64,000 bases of DNA from Isosphaeraceae bacterium (GTDB lineage Bacteria > Planctomycetota > Planctomycetia > Isosphaerales > Isosphaeraceae), in the NCBI GenBank assembly GCA_965279195.1, contig CBDIHP010000042.1, positions 172,317 to 236,316 on the forward strand, in the 5' to 3' direction. Position 1 is the stretch's first letter; each line of letters opens with the position of its first letter. The notes below the pieces were generated by a model. It was not told the DNA's origin and searched no databases. It was given only the letters and a program-made list of their open reading frames with translations. Positions 16,739-26,101 of the stretch are shown piece after piece. Both the position numbers and the translations under genes were made by a program.

Positions 16739-19700
16739 ATGGCGATCCTCGAAGTCCACGACGGTTACGGTCGCGTCGAGCGGAAGATCATCACCCAGGA
16801 CCGCCCCATCCTGTTCGGGTCGAGCCCCAAGTGCGAGATCGTCCTGACCGCGATGGGCGTCGAGCCCTTCCACGGGCGGATCCGCTGGAAGGGCGACCGC
16901 TACAAGCTGGACGCCTACCCCGAGGTCGAGTCCCTCTCGCTCAACGGCCAGCGGATCAAGTCCGCCTCCCTGCGCCAGGGAGACGAGATCGCCTTCGGCC
17001 CCTGCCGGATCTTCATGATCCAGGACGACGACGGCGACGACCAGGTCGTCGACGACCGTACCCGCGAGGCCCCGCCGCCCGCCTACGCCCAGCCGGCCCC
17101 GACCTCCTCGCCCCCGCGCGCCTCCGCCGCGACCCCGTGGCTCGCCTCGCCCATGGCCCCGCCGTCGGTCGAGGGCTCCGCGCCCCGGGCCCAGACGCCC
17201 CTGCCCCGGTCCCGGCACGCGTCCAAGCGAGAGCAGATCGAAGGGCTGAACGCCGATCAATCCCGCGAGGCCGAGCCCCCCGGCCGCGCGAAGGCAAAGG
17301 GACGCAAGCTCAGCGACCTCTTCACCTTCAAGCCGCAATCCCCCGACGACGACCAGGCCGTCGTCTCGCCCATGGTCGTCAGCCTCGGCGTCGCCCTGGC
17401 GATCATCGTCGTGCTGAGCTGGTCGCTCTGGACCGTCATCCAGAAGAACAACGCCCAGCGCCTCTACGCCAAGGCGGTGGATGAGCTGGACACCGGCGAC
17501 TTCCGCAACTCGGTCCGGCAGTTCGACCAGTTCCTCGAAGGCTTCCCGAAGCACACCGAGGCCGAGAAGGCCCGTGTCCTCCGCGAGATGGCCAACGTCC
17601 GCCAGTACACCAGCGGCGGCGCGCCCTCCTGGAACAACGCACTCGAAGCCGCCGAGGAGATGACCCAGAAGGTCGGCGACAACGAGTTCTACGTCGACTC
17701 CCGGCCCGACCTGGCCGAGCAGGTCCTCAAGATCGCCGAAGGGCTCGCCGACCGGGCCCGGGAACTCGCCGACGCCGAGCTCGTCGCCAAGGCCGAGGCC
17801 GCCCTGGCGCTCCACGGCCGGATCTCGGGCGAGTCGGCCAAGGCCCTGGTCCAGAAGTCGCAAGCCCCGAACAAGATCGCCCAGGCGAAGGCGACCATCC
17901 AGCGGATCCAGACGCGCACCAGGGCCCTCGCCTCGATGGACGCCGCCGCCAAGGCGGGCAAGGCCGCCGAGGTCTACGCCGCCCGCGACCAACTCCTGAC
18001 CGAGTACGCCGACCTCTCCGGCGACAAGGACGTCATCTCCCGGCTCACGGCCGCGAACGACCTGATCCGCAAGGCGGTCAACTTCGACGAGTCCGCCCGA
18101 CCCGGCGAGACCGAGCCGCGCCCGGAGATCCTCGGCCCGCCCATCAGCCTCGTGCTCCGCGACGCCATCCGCCCCGCCGCCCCGAAGTCCGACCTCGTCT
18201 ATGCCCTGGTCGACGGCCTGGTCTTCGGGATCGACGGTTCGAGCGGGACGCCCCTCTGGCAGAAGCCCGTCGGGCTCGCCTCGCCGTTCCCGCCGGTCGC
18301 CGTGCCCGGGCCTGACCCGAGCATCCTCGTCGTCGACTCCCGCTACAACGAACTCGTCCGGATCAACGGCCGCAGCGGCAAGCTGATCTGGCGGCAGGAA
18401 CTCGGCGAGGTCGTCAGCGACCCGCCGCTGATCCTCGGCAATCAGGCTGTGCAGCCCCTGCCGTCGGGCAAGCTGCTGCTGGTGGACATCAACTCTGGCG
18501 GCACCCGAGGGTCTGTCACTCTGGGCAAGCGGATCGCCAGGTCCCCGGTCACCGACGAGAACGGCCAGCTCCTCTACGTCCTGGCCGAGGAGGACGTCCT
18601 CTTCGTCCTGACCCGCGACACCTATTCCTGCGTCGCGGTCGAGTACGTCGGCCACCAGAAAGGCTCGATCGGCGCGCCGCCGGCCCGCGTCGGCCGCTAC
18701 CTGGTCGTGGTCGAGAATAAAGGCATTGACACCGGTCGATGGCTGGTCTACCTCCTCAGCGAGGACGGCACGAAGCTCAAGCAGGTCCAGGACATCCCCA
18801 TCGGCGGCTGGACGTGGTCGACGCCCGCGTCGGCCGGGTCGGTGATCTGGTCGATGTCCGACCGCGGCGAGGTCGCGGCCTATTCGGTCGGCCTCTACGA
18901 CGCCAAGGTGCCGTTCACCCTGATCTCGAAGACCGTCCCCGAGGACCGCCCGGTTGGCCCGTCGTACGGAACGGCCCGGTCGGATCGGGAGTTCTGGATC
19001 TCCTCATCCCGCTCGGGCCGGTACAACCTCAACACCGAGCAGGGGCGGCTCGTGCCGGCCTGGACCGTCGGCGAGGCGGGGCCCTCCCGGGGGCCGATCC
19101 AGGTCGCCGGCAAGCTGATGGTCCTGACCCAGCAGAACGGTACCGACCCCGGCGTCGCGCTCTGGGGCATCGACCCCAATCGCGGCTCGACCGTCTGGAA
19201 GACGACCCTGGGCGCACCCTGGCCCGTCCTGCCGTCCTCGGCCGGGGCCGACCGGCCGCTCGAAGCCTTCGGGCCCGACGGCGCGGTGCTGCCGATCTCC
19301 AGCGAGGTCGTGAAGGGGGGCGGGTTCCTCCAGGCCACCCTCGCCAGGCCGGCCCAGTTCCGGCTCCCGACTGGGAAGCTCCAGCGCGTGGACATCGGCG
19401 CGAGCACCCTGGTCGTCCAGCCGGGCGAGAACCGCATGCTCGTCCGCGAGGACAAGGCCGCCTTCCAGCCCATCGAACTCCCGGCCCCGACCGGCGTCAC
19501 CCCGCTCGCCTGGGGGACGAACCTGCTCATCCCCAGCATCGACAGCCGGGTCTACTTGATCGACCCGAGGTCGGGCGCGGCCCAGGCCGACCCGTTCATG
19601 CCGCCGTACGACAAGAAGAAGCCGGTCGTCTGGCTCTCGCCGGTCCTGCTCGACGGCGACGCCGTCGGCCTGGCCGACACCGAGGGCCGGATCCGTCGCC

Positions 19701-20218
19701 TGACCCGGATCGGTAACCCCCGCCCGAGGCTGGAGATCACGACCGACCTCAAGCTCGACGCCCCGCTCGCCGCCGACCCCGCCTCAACCGGCCCGGCCCT
19801 GATCGTCCTGACGACCGACAACAAGGTGCGGTCCCTCTCGGCCCGCGATCTCGGGGCCCAGGGGGCCTGGATGCTCGAAGCCCCCGCGCTCTGGGGCCCG
19901 AAGGCCGTCGGCGGCCGGGTGTTCCTGGGCGACGCCCAGGGTCGGATCCTGGCGTTCGGGCCCGACGGCTCTCGCCAGTGGACCAGCCCGCCGTCGAAGT
20001 CGGTCGCCGAGGCGCCCCCGCTCGTCCGGGACGGCGCGGCCTGGTTCCTCGGGCGTGACGGCAAGCTGTTCGGCCTGTCGCTCGACGACGGCAGCCTCAA
20101 GCGCGACCCGGCCCCGCTCGGCGTCCTGCCGCTCGGCCCGGCGATCACGACCCAGGGCGAGCTGCTCGTCCCCACCGGCTGGAGCAGCCTGCGACGATTC
20201 GACGTCTCCGGTGGTTAA
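16739..20218 (+). CDS. FHA domain protein (1159 aa) with a single TM helix, a long coiled-coil/helical region and a C-terminal PQQ-like beta-propeller.
   Basis: N-terminal FHA signature: ILFGSSPKCEIVLTAMGVEPFHGRIRWKGDRYKLDAYPEVESLSLNGQRIKSASLRQGDEIAFG. TM helix: VVSPMVVSLGVALAIIVVLSWSLWTVI. C-terminal repeats (LVYALVDGLVFGIDGSSGTPLWQKPVG..., GRSGKLIWRQELG...) resemble BamB/PQQ repeats. Confidence 0.7.
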   Translation: MAILEVHDGYGRVERKIITQDRPILFGSSPKCEIVLTAMGVEPFHGRIRWKGDRYKLDAYPEVESLSLNGQRIKSASLRQGDEIAFGPCRIFMIQDDDGDDQVVDDRTREAPPPAYAQPAPTSSPPRASAATPWLASPMAPPSVEGSAPRAQTPLPRSRHASKREQIEGLNADQSREAEPPGRAKAKGRKLSDLFTFKPQSPDDDQAVVSPMVVSLGVALAIIVVLSWSLWTVIQKNNAQRLYAKAVDELDTGDFRNSVRQFDQFLEGFPKHTEAEKARVLREMANVRQYTSGGAPSWNNALEAAEEMTQKVGDNEFYVDSRPDLAEQVLKIAEGLADRARELADAELVAKAEAALALHGRISGESAKALVQKSQAPNKIAQAKATIQRIQTRTRALASMDAAAKAGKAAEVYAARDQLLTEYADLSGDKDVISRLTAANDLIRKAVNFDESARPGETEPRPEILGPPISLVLRDAIRPAAPKSDLVYALVDGLVFGIDGSSGTPLWQKPVGLASPFPPVAVPGPDPSILVVDSRYNELVRINGRSGKLIWRQELGEVVSDPPLILGNQAVQPLPSGKLLLVDINSGGTRGSVTLGKRIARSPVTDENGQLLYVLAEEDVLFVLTRDTYSCVAVEYVGHQKGSIGAPPARVGRYLVVVENKGIDTGRWLVYLLSEDGTKLKQVQDIPIGGWTWSTPASAGSVIWSMSDRGEVAAYSVGLYDAKVPFTLISKTVPEDRPVGPSYGTARSDREFWISSSRSGRYNLNTEQGRLVPAWTVGEAGPSRGPIQVAGKLMVLTQQNGTDPGVALWGIDPNRGSTVWKTTLGAPWPVLPSSAGADRPLEAFGPDGAVLPISSEVVKGGGFLQATLARPAQFRLPTGKLQRVDIGASTLVVQPGENRMLVREDKAAFQPIELPAPTGVTPLAWGTNLLIPSIDSRVYLIDPRSGAAQADPFMPPYDKKKPVVWLSPVLLDGDAVGLADTEGRIRRLTRIGNPRPRLEITTDLKLDAPLAADPASTGPALIVLTTDNKVRSLSARDLGAQGAWMLEAPALWGPKAVGGRVFLGDAQGRILAFGPDGSRQWTSPPSKSVAEAPPLVRDGAAWFLGRDGKLFGLSLDDGSLKRDPAPLGVLPLGPAITTQGELLVPTGWSSLRRFDVSGG

Positions 20219-20273
20219 TCCCTCATGTCTGCCTATGACAATCTGTGAGTCTCCCGGTTCGAGGCCCCTTCTC

Positions 20274-22760
20274 ATGCCCGACCGCTCCGATACGACCGGC
20301 TGGTTCGGCCGGATCCGCGTGCTGCTCTCGGTCGCCTCGGCCGTAATCGGGCTGGCGCTCGCCTGGCCGGGGCTCGGCCTGGGCCAGCAGCCGCCCGTCT
20401 CCGGCGTGGCCCCGCTCCGGAAGAAGCTCGACCTGCTCAAGACCGAGCCGTTCGACCGGATCACCCTGCCCGACAACTCGGTGTGGGAGGTCGAGCCGAT
20501 CGTCCCCCGCCCCCTCCCTCCGATCGACAAGAAGGAGCGGGAACGCAAGGCACGCGAGGAGAACACCATCCCCGCGGGCGGGAACATCGGGCTGCTCGGC
20601 GAGAAGAGCAAGTTCGAAGACCCCGGGCAGAAGGTCAAGGACGCCGAGGAGCGCGACACCCTCGTCATCCACCTGATGGACGCCGAGGTCCGCGACTACC
20701 GGGTGCGGCGGGAACACGTCAAATCGGTCGAGTATTTCGAGGACATGCTGATCGCCGAGGCCGACCGGCTGACCGCCATCAAGGATTTCACCCGGGCCTT
20801 CGAACTCCTGATGATCGTCGAGCGCCGCCAGCCCGACTGGAAGGGGCTGGCCGAGGCCGTCAACCGCCTGCTCTACGCCGAGGGGAGCGAGGCCCTCTCG
20901 AACCTCGACGGCGAGAAGGGCCTGCGGCTCCTGTTCGAGTTGTATGCCAGGGACCCCAAGTTCCCCGGCCTGGCCGACAGCCTGGCGTCGTCGTTCAGCA
21001 AACGCATCGACACCGCCTTCCGGATCGGCAACTACCCCCGCTCGCGGCAGGTCCTGCACGAGTTCCGGTCGATCTTCCCCGAGCACCCCCTGGTCAAGGA
21101 AGCCTCGAACCGGTTCAAGAACCGCGTGAACGGGCTGATCGAGAAAGCCAAGGCCGCCCCGTCGAGCGAGAAGGTCGACCTCCTGATCGACGCCGCCCGC
21201 ACCTGGCCGACCTACGACGGGATCGAGGCGTCCTTTCGCGAAGGCTTCCAGGCCGAGCCCGTCCTCGACGTCGCCGTGACCGACGTCGCCAACCCCATCG
21301 GTCCCTGGCCCGGAACCCCGGCCCTCAACCGGATTTCGCGGCTGCTCTACATCCCGCTGCTGGCCGGCGAGGATGAATCCGCGCTGAAGGGGACGCGGAC
21401 CGATCAGCTCCTGAGCGGCCTGGAGACGGGCGAGCTGGGGCGGTCCTTGAAGATCTCGGTCAGGGACGGGATCAAGTGGTCCGACGGCTCGCGGAACGTG
21501 TCGGCAATCGACGTCGCCCGGGCCCTGGCCGACCGGGCCCAGCCGAGTTCTCCCGCCTACAACGCCCGCTGGGCCGACCTGCTCGACACGATCCGGCCGG
21601 TCGACGAGACCCAGGTCGAGATCCTGCTCTCGCGCCCCGTGATGAAGCCCGAGGCCTGGCTCCTGACCCCGATCGGCCCGGCCCACGCCAGCGCCGACGG
21701 CTGGGTGGCCGTCGGGACCCGCGAGCGGAAGCCCGTCGGCGACGCCTCGTTCCGTTGGATCGCCGGGGATTCGTCGGCGACGCAGTTCCTCAACCTGGCC
21801 GCCCCGGCCGGCCCGGGGAACCGGGTCAAGCGGCTCCGCGAGCGCCGGTTCGAGACCCCCGAGCTGGCCCAGGCGGCCTTCGTCGCGGGCGACGTCAGCA
21901 TGCTCGAACACGTCCCGACCGACCAGGTCGAGGAGTACCGCAAGCGGCCCGACGTCAAGGTCGGGACGTATGCCGATCCCTTGCTCCATTTCCTGGCGGT
22001 CGACGGCCGTAGCGCGGTGCTCCGCAACCGCTCGCTCCGCCGGGCCCTGTCGCTCTCGATCGACCGCAAGACGCTCCTCGAAGAGACGGTCCTGAGGCGC
22101 AAGCCGGACGAGAAGAACCTGGTCAACGACGGGCCGTTCCCCAAGGGGAGCTACACCGACGCCCCGGACGTCCCCGCCTACGACTACGACCCCCTCCTGG
22201 GCAAGATGCTCATCGCGGCGGCCCGGAAGGAGCTGGGCGGCGGGACCTGGGACCGGATCAAGCTGGAATATCCCAACACCCCCGAGGCCCGCGCGGTCTG
22301 CCCGAAGATCATCGAGGCGTTGACCCTCGTCGGCCTCGAAGTGCTCGGCGTCGAGCGGAACGAGTCGGAGCTGGAGTCGGAACTTCGGGCCGGGCGGCGG
22401 TTCGACCTGGCGTATCGGTCGATCCGGTTCAACGAGCCGACTCTCCACGCCGGCCCTCTGATCTGCCCGGCCTATGACGCCCCGCCGCAGGTCGAAGGCC
22501 TGGATTCGATCACCAGCCCCCGGATCCTCCAGCTCCTCCTCCAGGCCGACCGGACACCCGAGGTCACGACCTCGCGGAACCTCCTGATCCAGATCGACCG
22601 CGAGTCGCGCGACGAACTGCCGGTCATCCCGCTCTGGCAGCTCGAGGATCATTACGCCTGGCGCGGCCGGCTCAAGGGGCCGACCGAGGCTCAGAACGGC
22701 CTGTATGACGGGATCCACACCTGGGAGATCGAGCCATGGTTCGCCCGCGATCCCTGGTGA
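20274..22760 (+). CDS. Secreted protein with a solute-binding-protein family 5-like (peptide/nickel-binding-like) region. Putative; the N-terminal ~250 aa are of unknown function.
   Basis: Signal peptide MPDRSDTTGWFGRIRVLLSVASAVIGLALAWPGLGLG. ELGRSLKISVRDGIKWSDGSRNVSAIDVARAL resembles the SBP_bac_5 core motif. An alternative in-frame start is at 20235. Confidence 0.5.
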   Translation: MPDRSDTTGWFGRIRVLLSVASAVIGLALAWPGLGLGQQPPVSGVAPLRKKLDLLKTEPFDRITLPDNSVWEVEPIVPRPLPPIDKKERERKAREENTIPAGGNIGLLGEKSKFEDPGQKVKDAEERDTLVIHLMDAEVRDYRVRREHVKSVEYFEDMLIAEADRLTAIKDFTRAFELLMIVERRQPDWKGLAEAVNRLLYAEGSEALSNLDGEKGLRLLFELYARDPKFPGLADSLASSFSKRIDTAFRIGNYPRSRQVLHEFRSIFPEHPLVKEASNRFKNRVNGLIEKAKAAPSSEKVDLLIDAARTWPTYDGIEASFREGFQAEPVLDVAVTDVANPIGPWPGTPALNRISRLLYIPLLAGEDESALKGTRTDQLLSGLETGELGRSLKISVRDGIKWSDGSRNVSAIDVARALADRAQPSSPAYNARWADLLDTIRPVDETQVEILLSRPVMKPEAWLLTPIGPAHASADGWVAVGTRERKPVGDASFRWIAGDSSATQFLNLAAPAGPGNRVKRLRERRFETPELAQAAFVAGDVSMLEHVPTDQVEEYRKRPDVKVGTYADPLLHFLAVDGRSAVLRNRSLRRALSLSIDRKTLLEETVLRRKPDEKNLVNDGPFPKGSYTDAPDVPAYDYDPLLGKMLIAAARKELGGGTWDRIKLEYPNTPEARAVCPKIIEALTLVGLEVLGVERNESELESELRAGRRFDLAYRSIRFNEPTLHAGPLICPAYDAPPQVEGLDSITSPRILQLLLQADRTPEVTTSRNLLIQIDRESRDELPVIPLWQLEDHYAWRGRLKGPTEAQNGLYDGIHTWEIEPWFARDPW

Positions 22761-24415
22761 GCCTCGCGACGGCCCTGGCCGTCCTCGGCCTGGCGACCGC
22801 CCTCGGGCAGGAGCCGAAGGACGCCGCCGCCCCCGCGAAGAAGGCGTCCGCCCCGCCCCCGAAGCCGGCACCCGCCCCCGCGAAGAAGCCGGCGGCGAAG
22901 GACGTCCCCGTCGACCACCAGCCGTACCGGATCAAGGTGAGTTTAACATTTGAAGAATCCACGCGTGTGGATTCTTCGCTCCAGGCGGTGTACGTCGCCG
23001 AGTGGCTGCGGCAGGTCGACCGGTTCGTGGGGACCCCCTGGAAGCTGGAGCTGATCCAGGATGACCCCCTGCTCGCCCACTCCGAGCTGGACAGCCTCTC
23101 CGCCGCGTCGTTCCGGGCCGCCGCCGCCGGCACGCCCGAGGCCCCCGTCGACAAGGTCTGGGCGATCCGGGTCGCCCCGATGGGGGCGGGGTATGTGCTG
23201 CTCGGCCGCGAGTTCGACCGCCCCTCGGGGTTCGTCGGCAACACCCAGCGCGACGTGGTGGCGTTCCCCGGCGACACCCCGCGCGGGCTGCTGCGGCTGG
23301 CCCTGGCCCTGTTCGCCCCGACGGCCGAGATCGGCAACTCGAAGAACGGCGGCGTGCTGCTGACCGTCCGGGGCGCCTCCTTGCCGGCGGCCAGCCCGCT
23401 CGGCAAGGTCGTCACCAACGGCACGACCTTCCGGGCCCTCCGGCTCTTCACCGCCAAGGACGGACGGGTCACCGACATCCAGCCGATCCGCTACACGTAT
23501 TTTCGCGTGGATAAGCTCGAAGGGGCCGTGGCCGAGTGCGCGATCATCAGCGGGCTCCGCGACCCGCTCACCAAGCGGATCGCCCGGCCGCACCGGATCG
23601 TCGCGCTGGGGATCAAACCGGCGGGCTATCCGACGCGGCTGCGGTTCGTGTTCGACCCGAACGCCCAGCCCGCCGCCGGATACGTCCTGACCGCCCGGCC
23701 CTTGCCCCAGGGGAGCCCGCGCGAGGTGGGCATGACCGACCGCGAGGGGCGGATCGTCGTGCCGGCGGATTTCACGTCCGGGCTGGTCGTCCTGAAGCTC
23801 TACGCGGGTCGGGCCGAGCCGATGGCCGAGATGCCGATCATGCCGGGCGAGACGCCGGAGGAACTCACGGTCAAGGTCGAGCCGAAGCCGTTGACGCTCA
23901 CCCTCGAAGCCCAGCTCGACGCCCTCAAGGACCAGATCGTCGACCTCGTCGCCGTCCGGGGCCGCCTGGAAAAGCGGATGCAAGCCCGGGTCGACGGCGA
24001 GGACTGGGACGGCCTCGACGCCGCGCTCAAGGAGTATTACAAGCTCCCCAACAAGCCGGTGTTCGAGAAGAAGCTGACCGCCTTGCGGGGCGATGCCGAG
24101 GACAAGGAGAAGGCCAGCAAGGCCCTCGTCCTGACCCGCAACGCCCGCGCCCAGCTCGACGAGGCCAAGGCCCTGATCGACCGCTACCTCGACGACGAGC
24201 TCTTCAACGCCTTCGCCGACGCCCTGGAACAATCCAAGGCCCAGAAGGCCGTCGCCGCCAAGCAGGCCCAGGCCAAGGCACTGGCGAAGGCCCAGGCGAG
24301 GAAGGCCATCGCCCCGGCCCCCGCACCCGTGGCCGTGCCCACCCCCGCGCCGGCCGCCCCGAAGACCGAACCCAAGGCCGCCCCGAAGACCAAGGACGGC
24401 TCCGTTCCGTTCTGA
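22736..24415 (+). CDS. Hypothetical secreted protein with an Ala/Lys/Pro-rich C-terminal tail.
   Basis: Signal peptide MVRPRSLVSLATALAVLGLATALGQEP. It overlaps the upstream gene by 25 nt. It contains a low-GC patch with a palindrome at 22952-22977 (see findings). Confidence 0.55.
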   Translation: MVRPRSLVSLATALAVLGLATALGQEPKDAAAPAKKASAPPPKPAPAPAKKPAAKDVPVDHQPYRIKVSLTFEESTRVDSSLQAVYVAEWLRQVDRFVGTPWKLELIQDDPLLAHSELDSLSAASFRAAAAGTPEAPVDKVWAIRVAPMGAGYVLLGREFDRPSGFVGNTQRDVVAFPGDTPRGLLRLALALFAPTAEIGNSKNGGVLLTVRGASLPAASPLGKVVTNGTTFRALRLFTAKDGRVTDIQPIRYTYFRVDKLEGAVAECAIISGLRDPLTKRIARPHRIVALGIKPAGYPTRLRFVFDPNAQPAAGYVLTARPLPQGSPREVGMTDREGRIVVPADFTSGLVVLKLYAGRAEPMAEMPIMPGETPEELTVKVEPKPLTLTLEAQLDALKDQIVDLVAVRGRLEKRMQARVDGEDWDGLDAALKEYYKLPNKPVFEKKLTALRGDAEDKEKASKALVLTRNARAQLDEAKALIDRYLDDELFNAFADALEQSKAQKAVAAKQAQAKALAKAQARKAIAPAPAPVAVPTPAPAAPKTEPKAAPKTKDGSVPF

Positions 24416-24615
24416 CCCCGGAGTGCGGAAGCTTGCTTCCGCTCTGGCCCGGCGGGAGCTCGCTCCCGAGAGTCCGCATTGACTCGACAGGCTGGAGCTT
24501 CGTCAGGGCACGCGGAGCAAGCTCCGCGAGAACCGAGCGGAAGCGAGCTTCCGCACTTCATGCCTCCGGAACTGCTTGACCAAACGAACCCACCTGCCAG
24601 ATTGGCAGGCCGGGA

Positions 24616-25149
24616 TCAGACCGCCGGCCGCAGGGCCCCTTCGATCGTCAAAGCCAGCTCCTCTGGGCGCTGACTGCCGATGAGGATGCGGGATCCGTCG
24701 ATCAGATGCAGGCGGACGCCCCGGGTGCCCCGGGCGGTGTAGACCCGCTCCCCGTCGGGGCGGGTGAGGATGTTGCAGAGGCGGTGGTCCTTCCAGGGGT
24801 GGAACTGGACCGCTTCGACCCGCTGGACGGCGGCCAGCAGGATCGCGCGGCGGTAGCTGGGGATCCAGCCGAACCAGATCCGGACCTGGGTGGCGCTGAC
24901 CTCCGTCGTCATCCGCACGACGAACACGAACAGCAGGACCGGCAGGGTCAGGCCGAGCCCGATGTAGATGGGGATCTGGAGCACCCCGGTGAGGGCGGCG
25001 GCCTCGGCGCCGGCCTCGGGCCGGGCGCGGTAGAGGAACAACCACCACGCGCCGAAGAACGTGAAGGCGAGCAGGGCGTAGACCCACCAGCCGAACCGCT
25101 GTTCCTCCCGGAAAATCGCGACTGGAGGTTGGATCGCCGCGATCGACAC
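24616..25149 (-). CDS. Membrane protein with a PH-like (bPH/DUF304-like) C-terminal domain. GTG start.
   Basis: MSIAAIQPPVAIFREEQRFGWWVYALLAFTFFGAWWLFLYRARP... has two TM helices. It sits immediately after the stop of the upstream isomerase gene (25150), consistent with an operon. Confidence 0.55.
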   Translation of the reverse strand: MSIAAIQPPVAIFREEQRFGWWVYALLAFTFFGAWWLFLYRARPEAGAEAAALTGVLQIPIYIGLGLTLPVLLFVFVVRMTTEVSATQVRIWFGWIPSYRRAILLAAVQRVEAVQFHPWKDHRLCNILTRPDGERVYTARGTRGVRLHLIDGSRILIGSQRPEELALTIEGALRPAV

Positions 25150-25959
25150 TCAGGCATCTCCCCAGGCAGGGACCGAGTTCCGCGCGCCGAGGGTCCGGAC
25201 CATGGCCTGATAGCCCATGTCCGCGACGCGGTCGGCGGGGATGCTCCAGAGGCTGGGATTGAGCACTTCGAGGGAAACATACCCCTCGTATCCGATGCCG
25301 GCAAAGTGGTCGAGGATCGGATCGAGCTGAAAATCTCCCTCGCCCGGGAAAATCCGGTCCGCGTCCCCCGCCAGCTCGCGCGGGACGCTGCTGAGGTCGG
25401 AGAGCTGCACCCACCCGAGGTTCTCGGGCGAGAGGTACGCCAGGTCCTCGAACTTGCTCGGGCCGGTGTAATAGTGGAAGGCGTCGAAGTTGATGGCCAG
25501 GTGCGGCGACCCGACCTGGGCCACCAGGGCGGCGGCCGTGTCCAGGCTGGCGCAGAAGGTCGCGCCCTTCTGGAACTCCAGGCAGACCTTGATCCCCGCC
25601 TGGCCCGCCAGGTCGGCGACCTCGCCGAGCGCCTGCGTGATCCCGGCGAAATCCTCAGGCGCGAGCGTCCGGAAGAAGTCGGCCACGACGATCAGGTTGG
25701 GGACGCCCAGCCCCTGGAGGATCTCCAGGCGGCGCCGGAAGTGATCGCGGTGGGTCGCCTTCTCCTCGCCCCTGGCCAGCAGGTGCCCCCCCTGCCCGGC
25801 GGCGGCGGCGGGGGTGATCCCTTCGGATTCGAGGAAGGATCGGACCTCGGCGACGGTCCGGCCTTCGAGGTGGGTTTCGAGCTTGGTCAGCCAGAGTTCC
25901 ACGGCCTTCCAGCCGCCCCGGACGTAGGCCCGGATGTCGGCCTCGAACGGGGAACTCAT
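25150..25959 (-). CDS. Sugar phosphate isomerase/epimerase (xylose isomerase-like TIM barrel) family protein.
   Basis: Start at MSSPFEADIRAYVRGGWKAVELWL... Segments LAINFDAFHYYTGP and GYEGYVSLEVLNP are typical of AP-endonuclease 2/xylose-isomerase-like TIM barrels. Confidence 0.65.
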   Translation of the reverse strand: MSSPFEADIRAYVRGGWKAVELWLTKLETHLEGRTVAEVRSFLESEGITPAAAAGQGGHLLARGEEKATHRDHFRRRLEILQGLGVPNLIVVADFFRTLAPEDFAGITQALGEVADLAGQAGIKVCLEFQKGATFCASLDTAAALVAQVGSPHLAINFDAFHYYTGPSKFEDLAYLSPENLGWVQLSDLSSVPRELAGDADRIFPGEGDFQLDPILDHFAGIGYEGYVSLEVLNPSLWSIPADRVADMGYQAMVRTLGARNSVPAWGDA

Positions 25960-26101
25960 CGTGGTGGCCTGACTGATGCACGGCTTCAAGGGCAAGGCTC
26001 CTCGGCGGATCGGCGGGCGCAAAGGCTCGCCGGGGACCCCGTCGGGTCGGGCTCTAGCCCGGCCCGCGCGGCCCCCGGCACCATTCTACCGTGCCGACGT
26101 C

